Of a DNA stretch of 64,000 nucleotides, positions 38,600 through 52,640 are shown in pieces. The translations under genes were made by a program, and so were the position numbers. A model generated the notes under the pieces. That model made no database searches, was not told the origin of the DNA, and worked only from the letters and a program-made list of their open reading frames with translations. The stretch is from positions 95,978,001-96,042,000 of the forward strand of contig NC_087436.1 in the NCBI RefSeq assembly GCF_036321535.1, read 5' to 3'. Numbering within the stretch: the stretch's first letter is position 1; each line of letters opens with the position of its first letter. The DNA is from Camelus dromedarius (taxonomy: Eukaryota).

Positions 38600-39125
38600 A
38601 TATTCAAGGAAAAGGAGGGAATCCTGTGGTTTGTGACAACGTGGGTGAACTTGGAGGGCATTATGCTAAGTGAAATTAGCCCGGTGGAACAGACGAATAC
38701 CTCTGGTGTCGCTTACAAGTGGAGACTTAAAAAGACAAGTTGAACTCAAAGAAACAGAATAGAATGCTGGTTGCCAGGGGTTGAGGGTAGAGGAAATAGG
38801 GAGAAGTTGGTAAAAGGGTACAAACTTTCAGTTATAATATAAGATGAATAAGAGCTGAGCCTCTAATGTACAACATGGTGACTATAGTTGATAAAAGTGC
38901 ACCGTATGGTTGAAATTTGCTAAGAGAGCAGAACTTGAATGCCCTCACCACCCCCACCCCCTAAAAAAGGTAGACGTGTGAAGTGATGGATGTGTTAACT
39001 CGAGGGAGGGGATCCTTTCACAAGGTATGTATGTGTGTATATAATACATAAAATCATCATGTTGCACACTTTAAATATCTTATAATTTTGTCAGTTATAT
39101 CTCAATAAAGCTGGGGGGAAAAAAG
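38600..39125 (+). mobile_element. L1 (L1MA/MB-like) 3' end
   Basis: gaacttggagggcattatgctaagtgaaat...gggtacaaactttcagttata...tatatctcaataaagctgg. Confidence 0.85.
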
Positions 39126-39994
39126 AGGGGAAAACAAGCTTTAAAATCCCATAGTCTTGACTTCAAGTTTCAGTTCCACGTTTAACTAGGCTGTGACCTA
39201 ATTAATTACTTTACCACTCTGTGTTCAAGGGTCCTCAACTGTCACATGAAAATAATAATATCTCACGAGATGCCTGCAAGGCCGTCTTTCTCTAGCTTTT
39301 CCCGTCTATGGTACTGCAGCAGAGTCAGCCCCTCTCCCCCTAAATGAGTCCTCTGTCTTCCATGGTAATGAAGTGGTCACTGGGCAGGTGACTGCTCATT
39401 CTCTATTTCCCAGCTGCCTGCAGTTAGCTGTGGTCCTTCTCACCAATAGAATGTGACTGAACACAAGACGGGCCACTCTGGGCTCCTGGCTAAGACACTG
39501 GGTGTGCCTCCTCCATGCCTCTTCCCTGGTTAGGACCGCTGGAGGCCCAGCCTTGACCATGTGGACGAGGCCAAGGCCAGGAGGCCCTGAATGACTCAAT
39601 GGAGCAGAGCTTCTAACTGCCTCAAACACTCGCCTCACACAGTTCCATGGGAGAGAAATCCACATCCATCCTCTTTAAACTCCTTTTTGCTTATTGTTCT
39701 TTGTTTCAGTGCACTAGTCCTATCCTAATGAATACACCTCCTTTTATGCAAACATAGAAGTCTCTCTCCTCCCTCCTCATACATTTCCTCCACTGCTGAC
39801 TCTGGTAGAAAATCACTACAGAGTCTGAATATTACCATCTATCAAGAAAATAGAGTCAGATCTTACTTTATTTGAAGTTCTAGAACAATTGGTTATATAT
39901 ATTTTTTTTACCAAATATAGAATGATATTATTAATTTTTTCCATACCATTTCCCTCTTTAAAAAAATCTGATACCTTCCTTATGGCTTTAAAAT

Positions 39995-40488
39995 AGTGTG
40001 TGAATAGAAATTTTGAGTTATAGCAAGACCAACACATTGGGATTCAAATTGAAGAAACTGTTTCTTACGGTTCCCAAAGTTGGGGGCAAGCACCAAGGTC
40101 AGTCAGGAGATAGAGGGAGAGCAGGGGACTGTGGGCAAATCTTCACTGTCGTTTCTGCAGGAATTAGTGGGTGAGGCAGAGTGAACAGTCCCAGGAATTG
40201 GCCAGTTTGAATTGTCTCAGCAGACTCTGGGGCACAGGGCAGCTGTAATTGTCCAGTGCATGGCTTTGGGGTGATTAGGGCAGGTGGATGGTGGTCAAGA
40301 GGGTGAGATAAGGAGACTCTTGGGGTGTGGATTCTGGATTGGGTGGCTTAGAGTTGAAGAGTATACTGGTGAGGGACTTGTTTATTATCTTTAGGAATTG
40401 CCTGACCCTGGGAGGGGAAGTCCCTCCAGGTCAGCAAAGCCCAGATGTCAAAGCATCAGAATCCAGAAAATAAGACATGCTTAATACA
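39995..40488 (-). mobile_element. MER74-like ERVL LTR
   Basis: ggggtgattagggcaggtggat...ccagatgtcaaagcatcagaat...gacatgcttaataca. Confidence 0.6.
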
Positions 40489-43267
40489 TTTACCCACTTG
40501 CACAGTACTGAAAATCTCTTTGACTGGAAAATCATAAGCATTCATTAAATGATAAATCTCATTTTTTATTACATGCCAATTGTGCTTTAGCACACAAAAA
40601 TATAAAAGAGTGTTCCTGTCCTCAAGCATTTAATAATCAAGCTGTGTAGATAATGTGTAAACACAAACGTAGCATAATGCAGTGTAAGTACCAAAATAGT
40701 AATACAAACAATGAAATAGGGAGGTTCTGCAGACAACGGAGAACTCCAGGGTGGGATGGTTTAAGTAGAATCAGGAAGAACTCAGATGGAGCTCTCGAAA
40801 GAGTAGGATTTTGATACAGTGAGATAAAAGCAGAGGAAGACTGACCCAGAATGAATGCTCCAGGAGACCACATCTGGCTTGTCCATCACTGTTCCCACCA
40901 GCACTGTGCCTGGGACAAGATGGGCAGTCTGTCAATACTGGTTGAACAAAAATGAATTCTGGGTCTGGAAGGGGAAGAGATGCATGACTGAAGGACTCCA
41001 ATGAGAACAATTTGAATTTGGAGTAGGTTGGAAACATGATAATTTGGGTCCTCAAAGAAGAAGACACCAAAATGGGATTAAATGCTCAAGGACTCTATTA
41101 ATGGAAGCACCTGAGACAAAATGAGGAGGGTCCAGGCAAGGGGCTAGGAGAGTTGTCAGACCACAAATGAAGACAGAAGAGGAAGGCTGGGTAGAAGCAT
41201 CCTAGACTGCTGCTCAGTTTCTGAAAGCCATTAGAGAGCCCGTGAGTCAAAGTCAGCTGTCAGACGTTTGGGAAATTGCCTGAGACCAAGTATCAGAGTC
41301 AGGACTGGAACTCAAATCTCCTTTGTTCTCAGGTCAGTGTTCTTTCCTTTCTTTCTTATTTTGGATGGCCAAATTAATAAAACCCTTAGGAGGTCAAATG
41401 GCTTTCCCAGAACTGACGGAAAATTTCAGTTCAACCTATTCTGAATTCAGTGATAGAACATAAAACTTCCTGGAAAACTATGTAAAAAGATAACCTGTTT
41501 GCCATGTAGCTTTCTGGGAACAGGTCCAGGCTGTCACCAAGAAAACCACCTGAAGGATGCCGGTGCCAAATTCCTGTTTTGTATTTGCAATTACCCTTCA
41601 GCAAGGAGAAACCCTGTAATATGCTGGACAAGGACACTCACCAGATTAGCCACCTCGCTGGACTCAGTTTCCTAGTGGATAAAGTAAGAGACGTGGACTA
41701 GATGTATGCAAAAGTCCACCCAACCCTAGACCTGAGGGTCTAAGAGCCCAGGTAGGGTGAATATGGTGGCTTCGGTAAGTGGAAGGCAAGGAGAAGTATT
41801 ACTCTTGGGGCTGAGATGATGCCTGAGGCAACTTCTGCTAGAATTGTGCTGAAGGGGTCAGGAGAGCATTGCATTTTGTTCAAATACTTTTAATGTGCCC
41901 GGCTCGGTATTAGGCTCTGGGAATAAAACAATGAATAAGATGTGGTACCTGACCTTGAGGAACTCATGGTTTATTTAGAACATTTGCTGGGAGGTAGTGT
42001 GTGACCGGGAAAGGGAGAGGGCTTTCGGGGGAGGCCTGTGGAAACCGGGGGAATCACATAGTCCCTGACTTGGATCCTTCCAATGAAATACCTACTTCTC
42101 AGGGATGCTGGGAAGGTTGGAAGTAGCATAGATAAGCTGACCAGCGCAGCACCTGGAACAAAAGTGGTACCCACACAACGTTTTGCTGCCCTGACTAGTG
42201 TGGCAGGGTATAAGGTGAATGAAGATCCTTCCAGGCTGTCCCTTGCCCCACCCCCACCCCAACTCTAGATAAAGAGACTGCTCTGTTGGGCTGCTCGCCG
42301 GTGGGCCTGTCTGGCTGTGAGATACTCTCTAAGATGAGTTAAAAGCCTGGGATGCAGAATTAAAAATAGCTGATAGGACGAGGCAAAGACTTAGAGGAGA
42401 GACTGAGTAGGTCTAATAATAGGGAATTCCAGGAGGGGAGAAGAGAAAGTGGAAGGAAAATGCCTCTGGGGCCCAGGAGAGGAGAGACCCAGGGAGGTGA
42501 GTGATGGCTGAGAGGCCCTGGGGTCGTGGGGTAAGAGAACCGGGGAGACAAGGCCGGGGTATAAAAATGTAACTGGAGGTTTTTAATGGGACCCCCCCCC
42601 CACCTTTATTTTTGAGAGATAAGTTAAAAAAAAAAAGACTTCCTTTTTGAATGTTTTTGGCTGCTTGTGCCTCTAATTCTGACATCATAGATAGACTGGA
42701 CCACAAGGGTCTGGGATTCTAAAGGCTCCCATTACAAACGCATATAATTGGAATCCATTGTGGTGATCGAGATATTTACAAAGTCCTGTGGGGTTCAAGG
42801 GAGGAGCAATTCTATCTCCTGAATGGGCCAGAGAGAATGAAGCGTTTGATCTGTCTGAGGGCTGGCTTTGACGCTTACGGGATGAACGACCTTGGCAAAA
42901 TCACTTAAATTCTCTGGCCATCGACTTCCTCATCTATAAATGAAGGATGATTTTTTTTAAAATATCCTCCTTAAAGGCCTTGCACAAGGATCAAATGAGG
43001 TATTGAGCGAATAATAGAAAGTGAAGAGGCTGTTGGGAGTTCTGGTTGAGAGTATGGTTGTGAGCTGGACACATGTGGGTTTGAAACTTGGCTCAGGGAG
43101 CCGTGGACAAGTAATAGAATATTTGTGGGACCCAATGGTCAACGGACAGAGAGCCTTACACATGATAAATGCTCAGGCTTTGAAGCACTCTGCAAGTGGC
43201 TATTACTAGTTTTCTACTGACTAAGGCCCAACAGCACCAAGCTGCACAAGGGGTGGGAGTGAGGTCC

Positions 43268-43754
43268 TGTATTACTTCCCTGTCGCTGCTGTAACAGATG
43301 ACCACGAACAGCACAAAGTTAGGCTCTTACAGTTCTGGAGGTCAGAAGTCTGAAATTCATTTCAATGGGCTAAAAATCAAGGTGTCAGCAAGGCTGGTTC
43401 CTCCCGGAAATTCTAAGGGAGAACCTATTTCCTTGCCTTTTCCGCTTTGAGAGTCTAACTCCACTTTTGGGGTGCTAGCCCCCTTCCTCCGTCTTCAAAG
43501 TATCTTCTTTCCTCTCTGGCCTCTGCTTCCATCCTTGCAACTTCTCTCTTGAACCTTGACTCTATTGCCTCCCTCTTATAAAGACACTTGTGATTATATT
43601 GGGCCAACCTGAATGATTCAGAAAACTCTTCCCATCTCAAGATCCTTACCATAATTACTCTGCAAATCACCTTTGCCAAATAAGGTAACGTGTTCACGGG
43701 TTCTGGGGATTAGAGTGTGGTCCTCTTTGGGCGGCTGTTATTCAGGATGTCACA
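43268..43754 (-). mobile_element. MLT1 (C/D-like) MaLR LTR
   Basis: tgtattac...gctgctgtaaca...cttacagttctggaggtcagaagtctgaaat...aaggtaacgtgttcacgggttctggggattag. Confidence 0.85.
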
Positions 43755-44435
43755 GGTACCCAGGGAAGGAAAAAGACATTCCAAGAAGGAAAACTTGAAA
43801 ATTGAGAAAGCTAATTTCAGACAGTGAATAACAGCTGAAGCGTTAGAAACATAATGAAGGCAAGTGATGAGATGACAGGACATATGCATGACCCGCGTGA
43901 CTGCAGTCCCTGTGACCCCTAACAGGTAAAACAGCAGGTGGTCGACTGACTCTGCCTCCTGCTCCTCCTCCCTGGTGTCTCCATCCACATTCTCTCTACA
44001 TATGTGTCCCTCCTTTTCCCCGGTCCTCTCTCCTCTTCCTCCGCTTCATCCCTGTGTTGAGATCTGCTGTCATTAGGACCTGATTTTTGCATTTTGGTTC
44101 AATCACTCCCAAACTTCGTGACCTTGGTCCAATCACTTGATCCCTCTGAACCTGAAACACCTTATTTATTAGGATAGGGGTAAGGACAGTGACCTTGGCG
44201 GGGGAAGAGTTGCAAATCATAACATGAGATAACTCTTTGAGAAAACACCTGGCTTGAAAACAAACTTTCCTCCCTCTTACTCTCTCAGGCTTCCCACCCC
44301 TCTTCTTTGAGAATGGCGATCCTCTCTAGAGCATCGGTCCGTGCCAGGTGCTCTTCTGGGCACTTTTAACATATATCGTCTCATTTGTTTCTCACAACAA
44401 CCTTGTGAGACAGATTTATTTATTTCCCCTTTTTG

Positions 44436-45321
44436 GTGGTAAAGGAAAATATGTTTCTGACTCTAATCTCAATACTTCTGACACCAAAAATGTGGGGATT
44501 TTTCCGACACCAACCAACTCTCCAACTCTCTGGGCACCAACAGGGTGTACTATAACTCCGTTCTGACACTCTCTACGCAGAGTTAGGGCAGACCTCGCAA
44601 GTGAGGGGCCCATTCCCACAAGACTGCCCCTCCTTAAGATGCCCGTCACAGGCAGTGAGTCTCCATGTTACCCATACATCTGTTCTTCTTGGCTGCAAAT
44701 TGGGCATTCCCATGGTCCCTCCCCAGGTTTGACAGTTTGCTGTAATGACTCACAGAAATTAGGGGAACACTCGCTTACATTTATCAGCTTATTATAAAAA
44801 TAATAAAGATACCAATGAACAGCCAGATAAAGAGGTACAAGGGGTCAGGTCTGGAAGGGCCCTGAGTACAGGAGTTTTATCCTAGTGGAATTGGGGTGCA
44901 CACCCTCCAGGCACATGGGTGTTTTCACCAACCCAGAATCTCCCCACATCCCAGAGTTTAGGGATTTTTATGGAGGCTCCATCACACAGGCATGATTGAT
45001 TATTAACTCAATCTCCAGCCCCTCTCCCCAGCCCAGAAGATAGAGGTGGGGCTGAAAATTCCAAGCTCCTAATCACAGCCTGGTCTTTCCAATGACTATC
45101 CTGAAGCCCTCCAGAAGCTCACCCAGAGTCACCTCATTTCACTGAAAGACACTCTAATCACCCAAGAAATGCCAGGGGATTTAGGAGCTCTGTGTCAGGA
45201 ACCAGGGTCAAAGACCAAAGAGTAGAACAAAAATCCTGCTTATACCCCATTACTTGGGTGATAGGAGTTCTGTGTCAGGAACAGGTGGTAGAAACCAAAT
45301 ATATATTTCTTATTCTGTCAC
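44436..45321 (-). mobile_element. MER21-like LTR
   Basis: cccacaagactgcccc...ccaaatatatatttcttattctgtcaca. Inverted homolog of 2587-3310. Confidence 0.8.
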
Positions 45322-46112
45322 AGTTGGGTACACAAGGATCCAGAGAGCTGAGGCAATTGGCCAAGTCCATGTAGTAGGAGGTGGCTGAGCTCTGTCCCGG
45401 AATGAGTCTCCTGACCCTACACCTGTCTATGACATAGAACCACTGTGCACCTGTCATTGTTGGTAAAGTTTTAATTTCTTGCTACTTATTTTCAGAAGTA
45501 GAACAGTCAGAACATTAAACAAAAAAAATTTTTTTCTTATAGAACAACAACAACAAAAGCCTTCCATGGCGGAGTTTTAACTTTGGGTGTGGCCCCTGAT
45601 TTTATTCCGAGTGTCCACAACCATCCCCAAAGAGCTGCCCTGTTCCTGCTTCACGGGCAGGCAGGCGGCCTAGCAGGCGGTACAAAGTCGAGCTCTTTCC
45701 ACCCAGCGGTGCTGGCGGGTGGCCAGCCCTCAGCTCCGAGCTCCTGCTCATTGTAGTTCATTTCTGCTGGGTTGGTCACGTGAAGGGAAGTGGCTGACTG
45801 GAGAACATGAAAGCCACAATTAGTAGGAGTGGAAGTGGAAGTTATCACGGCTGTAGCCATACCAGCACGTTCACCAGCACGTGCCGCACGCACCAGCAGG
45901 CCACCCTGAGTCTTAGCCTGTACCAGTGAGAGGTGGTGCTGCCAGGCTACCGCCTGAGAATCGAAAAAGTGTCCCCTCTGGACAGATGCAACCTTAGCAA
46001 GCAAGGGTTTCTTTGAGCCAATTTTAAAAAGTCCCTCTTCCTCTGTGTAGGCAGAGTCCCATGCCAAGGCAGACACTGGTTGCATTTTAATCCCCACCTG
46101 CTCCCTGGGCTT

Positions 46113-46370
46113 TGGCAGTGTAGCACAGTGGGTAAGAGCCTAGTTTCCAGGACTAGATCATAGCTCCACCACTTACTGCTGTGTGACCTCAGGCAACTGA
46201 CTTAACCTCTCTGTGACTTGGGTTCATTATCTATAAATAAAGGAGAATAACTATACTTATCGCAAAGGTCCTCATGAGGATGAAATGACTTAACACACAT
46301 ACAAGTTAAACTCGTTCTTGGTCCAAGGAAGCACCTTAGGACTGTGAGATAGTATTATTAAGCATTGTTA
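46113..46370 (+). mobile_element. MIR SINE
   Basis: ggcagtgtagcacagtgggtaagagc...ccaccacttactgctgtgtgacctcaggcaactgacttaacctctctg. Confidence 0.85.
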
Positions 46371-46451
46371 TCACCGGTGCTGCAAACCCAGTTCCTGGCA
46401 GGAAACAGAGTCCTCCATTCTCTCTCTCCTTCCCATCCCAGGCCTCAGACC

Positions 46452-46514
46452 TGGGAACTATATTCAGTATCTTGTAATAACCTGTAATGAAAAAGAATCT
46501 GAAAAAGAAAATAT

Positions 46515-46548
<34 letters not shown>

Positions 46549-46622
46549 GTATGTATAACTGTATCACTTTGCTGTACACCACAAACTGACACAATCAACT
46601 ATACTTCAACTTAAAAAAAAAA
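46452..46622 (+). mobile_element. Short L1 3' end with internal (CA)n(TA)n
   Basis: gggaactatattcagtatcttgtaataacc...aatcaactatacttcaacttaaaaaaaaaa. Confidence 0.85.
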
Positions 46623-48071
46623 TCTATAGTCAAGAAAAGACTTTTTGCCCTGAGACCTGAGTTGGTGGCTCTCTGCAACACTTTCTGTGAATTAGAGTTG
46701 ACAGTAAACGTTTACGTGGCAGAGGTGGCAGTGACGGTAACACCAGTAACTGCTGATTATTGGCTGTAAGCAGGGCTGCAGAGCGAATTCGTCATCCATA
46801 GGAAGTGGCGAAAACGTTGACCGCACACAAAAAAAGCATAATGCGCATACAAAGCATAGACTTCACCTTTGTAAGGGGTCTTTATTTTGCCATCTGTTCT
46901 TTAATGTTTCACTCAAAAATCTCTGACACTGGAGCATTTGTGACAAGCCTGTGGTGTTTATTCCCCGGAGCTGGTGCATCAGGTGCATCTGGAGGCCAGA
47001 GTTCCTGCCCCGGCGTCTCAGCAGCCGCCTGCAGGTGCACGAGGCCGAGGTGGCTCTGTCTCTCCTCTGCAGCTGGCACTCCTGCCCTGGTATGGTGTGA
47101 CTCTGTGACCTTCTTCAGCTTGGAGCTGTCTTTGGAGACACGCTGTCCCAGAAACAGGTAAGACAAAACAGTATGGGATGCCGCGTTGTTGGAGACGTAT
47201 GAAGAAATACGTCTTCACTCATGCTTTCACTCACTTATTCAGTAAACACTGATTGCCTCCTTATCCTCCATGTATTTGCCAGGATAAAGGCCAAGCAGTT
47301 ATAACACAGAAATCCAGAAATGCAAGGGCTTCAGAAAGAAAGAAGCCTTTGCTCTTTCCAGTCTCAGTCCAGGCAGTCCGGGCTGGCGGGACGGCTTGGC
47401 TACACATGGCTTTCAGGCCAGCTGTTGTTTCTCCGTCCGGTAGACTCTGTCCCTGTGATGTGTGTGGTTTGTACAAGTATTTAGAGGACGCCTCACTCCC
47501 CCTTTCCACGCAAGGGAACCTGTTTTGACAGAGTGTTTACACCCTACTTTGACAATCTGTAAACAGGCTGAACTTAAGAGATGTCATAAAAACATTTTCA
47601 TGAAATTTGTCATTGCATATGTTGTTTTTGAGATAAGTTTAAAAAACAAAGGAAAACATGTTTATACACGAAAAGCAAGCAGTATGAACAAGTTGTTTGC
47701 ATTGGAGAGAAAGGCAGTGGAGGCACCGATGAGCATCTAAGCCAATACTCCTGTAGCTCCAGCCCAGCCTGCCCTACCGTCACAGAACATCCAGCATCCA
47801 TCTCGTGCACCTCTCTGGGAATACTAAGCTGGGTTTTGCAGACTGTGGCACGCAGTTTGGAGGAGATCCCAACCTCTCCCTGTAAATAAGAGAAAGACAT
47901 CTTGCTAGCAGGGGTCACTGACATGCGGCCTGGGGGTTAACAGGAAGGAGGCAGAGAAAGACTGGCCGGACTAATAAGGTTGTGTGTGCCCACCCCTCAC
48001 CCCCTTCCCCACCAGCTCTCTCCCTGCTTGCCTATTGAAGGAAATACATGTAAATCCTGCTTTAACCACAG

Positions 48072-48073
<2 letters not shown>

Positions 48074-48126
<53 letters not shown>
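48074..48126. repeat. (TG)n microsatellite, ~26 units
   Basis: Uninterrupted TG run. Confidence 0.98.
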
Positions 48127-48127
<1 letters not shown>

Positions 48128-50767
48128 TCAGAAGCTTTTTTATATTGGCTACTCGTTGACATTTTGAACTTCTAGGTCCTATCTTAGGGAGGGGCATGCA
48201 TTTCTAAATTAATACTCATAATAAAACAGCGCTCTTCTGTACAGTCAAAGCTGAGTCGAGAGAAGATCCAGCTTCTAGGAAGGGGAACAGAAATAGTCCA
48301 GGACACAAATTTCCTCCAAACAAAGGAGGTGGATATGGCTCAGTCCCCTCGTGTTGATGACATCATGGTCACAGGGCCATAATGAGTCACAAAGGATGCT
48401 GGGGAATGTAGTCTCTAGCTGGAGGTCCTGTGGCAGAACCGAAACTCTTACATGAGAGGAAGTGAGATAAGATTTTGTTGGGGCAATTCCTCACTGTCAT
48501 GGATTTTAGTCGTCTATCAAAATCCTTTTTTTACCTTCTCCCACATTTTACCAAAGATGTAGTTCTTTACCAGAGATATAGTTATGTTTAAGCATTTCCA
48601 TTAAGCACAGTAAGACTGCTCACACGGAGCAGAATCTCACCATGCCTCCCCTAGTCACCCCCAGAGGCAACTGCCTCTCACAGAGCAAGTCCAGTCCTGT
48701 CTTTACTTCCCTTCTTCTTTGGCACACTATTCATTGTTGCCATGAATTAAATTGTTGCTATGGGTTTCAGACTTGCCAGTTGGCCCCAAGTGCTGCATAT
48801 TCTAGCACATGTTGAAATCCCAGCTCATGAAGCACATGCTGAGCACACACCATTGAATGATTGGACATCAGGAAACCATCGATTCCAGCACACATACCGG
48901 TCAGATCTACATGGATTTCTTAACTCTGTTTTACCAAAGGATGTGGCTTTGGGAAGGTTACTAAATCCTCTGAGTCTCTTTCTCACCTGGGGATAATAGT
49001 AGTGCTTACCTCATGGGGTTAGTAGGGACATTAAATAAGATAATACATCTGGAATACAAAACCTAGGATCTGGTACGTATCAACCATTCAATCAAGTTTA
49101 GTTGTTGTTACATTTTGCTTTTATGTATAACCCCAGTATAGTTCCTGCCATGTAGTCAGTGGTCAAAAAACAACTATCAGGTGATAAATAAACGGAGGTG
49201 GAACTACCTGAAGCTGGCTGTTCACTTCTGAGAGAGCAGACTTGGCTTTGTCCCCAAGGACTTCCTTTGGTAATTATTCCACACCACTCCATAGGGGCCT
49301 GGAGTAACCAGGGATGACTTTGGGATCCAGCCAATCTTGTTGCTCCAGATAAGCACAGCAGTTTGCACAAAGGTGGGCAGGGATCAAGTGTGGCCACTTG
49401 GGTCCACATTTGAATGATGACTACCTGCTGGAGGAGAGAGGGTCTCTTTCTCTGAGACTGTGAGCAATAGTGCCCAAGGCTTGGGTTGTTGTCTAGCTAC
49501 CAGTGAGCTACTTTTCTCCCTAATGGAGAGAGGCTGCTACAACTCATCGCCGAAAAGGAAGCAGAGCTGAGAGGTGGAGAGGAATAACAGAACCTTAACA
49601 TCTTCGTTTCATCCTGGATCTAGCCATACCTGAAGCTACCATTGGCACTTGAACTTCCCAAGTAGATGATCCTCTTATTTCTGTTTTTTTTTTTTTAACT
49701 GAAACTATTTTAAGTTGGGTTTCTCTCATTTGCAACTGAAAGGACCATCTTACTACAGGTCGTATAAGTAAACATAACTGGAAAGTAATATGACTGAATA
49801 TTTGAGACATAGTAGTGACAGTACTTGTAATAGTAGACAACATTTGTTGAAATTTACTAGTTGCCAGGCATTGTTTTGAATGCTTTGCATGTATCAACTC
49901 ATTTAGGCCTTATGATCCTTTGAGGTAGGCATTGTTATCCCTGTTTTACAGATGGGAAAACTGAGGTCTGGAAAGATTTCTTGGCCTGTGATCTCAGAGT
50001 CAAGATTAAACTTACACTTTCAAGGGAGCATCCAAAAAGCTTAACTTGTAATGTTTTTCAGAGGATGCTAACATTACCTTAAACATTTCTGAACTGCCTT
50101 TAAAAAGAATTATTATTTCAGAAAATAAATATCACTGTTGTATAATCCCACTGAGTGGCCAGAAGGGCATTACTTCACTTGCTTAATTAATTTGTTTGCT
50201 ACTTGTGACCCTCAGTGATATTTAGCTATTCACACAAATCCACTCCTTAAAGGACACAGATATGTGACCTTTGAGGAGAATGTAATGTGAGCCTTGAAGA
50301 TGATCTTAAAAGGCATATGTTGAAACCGGTTTATGCAAGGTATGCTTTTGAAGAGAGCATTTGAATACATAAATTACCATGTGCTGTTTCAAAACAAACT
50401 AATCACGTCACATTATGCTCACACCTTATTATCTTTCTTTTAAGCATGTATCCAACAGAGGCAAAGCACCACGGTATTTGTATTCTGGACTCTGGTGACT
50501 AGCTGATGTCGGGAAGGTGAACCAGCTCTTCAGTCGAGCCTGAGGAAACCTATCTCACTCCAGAAACAGAAAGTGGAGGAGGAGAAAGAAACAGTTCATT
50601 GGCCTGCACTTGGGTGAATACTTCCAGGAGTCTAACCGAAGAAATGCTGAGAAAAAGTTGCAGGAATGACTTCCACCTCTAACACTTCTAGCGATCAAAT
50701 CTGGAGGAGGCATTTTCCAGCATGGAAAGATTAAGAATAGAGATATTTCCCCACATGTTATGGAAAT

Positions 50768-51215
50768 TGCATGGTCAAGCCATTCAAGGTGGCTGTTCTC
50801 TTGCTCTCTGGATACCCCCTGCTTGACCAGTGCCTGCTTCTCCTACACCCACACCCTGCTCACAGGACTGACCTTCTTACATTCTTGCCTCTGCCCTGGC
50901 TAGTGATCGTTCTTACCAAAGGGGTGGGGAGGGGCGTGCCCCTCTGCTGGTTTCCCTGGTAACAAATGACCAACCTGACGTCAATTCCCCTATAACTGCT
51001 AAGCTCCCCCTGCCCCCTGGGAGCAAAGCCCGCTGCCATGTCCTGCCCGCCGTCTGCGACACTCGGTGGGGAGTCGCTCCAAGACCTGGCTTCAGACATG
51101 TAAGCCCCCCTATCCATTAACCCCCTGATGTCTCTGTCACTGACTCTGGGCTCTTTCTTCCGTCTTGAAGGTGGGCCAGTACAGGCTTTGTAGGCCTGCG
51201 AGGTGCAGCCCAACA
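50768..51215 (+). mobile_element. Intact solo LTR (ERVL-type, 5-bp TSD)
   Basis: TG...CA termini; TSD gaaat at 50763-50767 and 51216-51220; tataa at 50991; attaa polyA-like signal ~51116. Confidence 0.85.
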
Positions 51216-52420
51216 GAAATCATTGAAAATATTCAAAAAAGTTGAGAGTACAATGTGTACCCCCCACCTTTATTCAACATTTGTTAACATTTTGTTTGTA
51301 TGAGTGTGTTTTTATATGTATGGAAGTATATATGTATATATATACATACATACATACATATCCATATATATATTAAATTTTGCTAAATCATTTGAAAATA
51401 ATTTTCAGATGTGGATAATTAATTGGTTGTTACATCTTTTTGTTCTGCTTTATGCTAAAAGAATTGTTCACTTAAAAAAAAAATTGTCCCTTTGAAGAGA
51501 CCAGGCAGCAGTCTTGCAGAAGATTCCACAGTCTAGTTCACCTGCTTGTTTTCTCCTGGTGCCATTGACCTCGTTGCTGTCGCCCAGGTCTTTCCTGCAG
51601 CTGGGAGGTATATCCAGAGGCTTCATGAGATTCGGGCCACACATCTCTGGCATGAATACTGCACAGGTGACCCTTTGCACGTCAGACTGCTCCATCAGGA
51701 GTCACATAATGTCAGGGTGTCCTACTATGACTGACACTAAATGTGACCACTAGGCCAAGGTGGTAACTGCTAGAACTTTCCACTGAAATACTATCTTCCC
51801 CCTCTTTTGCAATTAGAAACCAATGGGAGAGACCTTAGCACCCCGCGCACGCCCTTACGGGCAGCAGTCTTCCCCTGAATGGTTAAGTCCGTCCTGCACA
51901 GGTCAGAGCTCCTCACGACGGCTTCATAGCACTATTTCTAGAACACCTTCAATGAAGTTTTTCTGTATTTTTTATGAATCCTAGGTTACAAGTGTTCATT
52001 TGGCTGTTCTTCAAAAACAGCACGATCTTGCTCAATGCTGATAGAGAAGTTCTACAAATATGTGTAAACATTTCCTGTCAGAGACAGCTGGAAACATCTA
52101 CCCTTAAACACCCGCGCCGGGCAGTGGAGGAATCAGCTTTGCTGTGAAAACCTCCTCCACTTTCCACCACCTAGAGCCTTCAGATTCACAGGACGGCTAG
52201 GCTGCCAGCAGGCAAGCACTCCGGTGTGTCCTCCTGATACAGAGGTTTCAGCCTTGATTATACATTTGAATCATCTGGGGAGTTTCAGACCATGTCCTTG
52301 TCCTATTCGAGGCCATTTGGATCAGACTCTGTGAGGGAGAGGCCAAGCTTACATATATTCTAAAAGCCTTCCAGGTGGTTCTATTGGACAACACAGTGGG
52401 AACCATCGAAAAAACAGTGA

Positions 52421-52640
52421 CAGTTGAACTTTGAAAAATGTGGAGGTTAGAGATGTCAACCTTCTCTCAGTCAAAAATCAGAGTCTAATTTATAGTTGGC
52501 CTTCCTTATCCACAGTCCCTCCATAGCCAAGAATTCAATCAGCCCTGGATTGTGTGCTACTGTAGTATTTGACTGTTGAAAAAAATCCCGTGTGTAAGTG
52601 GATCCATGTAATTCCAACTGTCTTCTTCAAAGGTCAACTG
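52421..52640. mobile_element. MER8-like Tigger MITE
   Basis: TIRs cagttgaactttgaa / ttcaaaggtcaactg, followed by TA. Confidence 0.8.
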
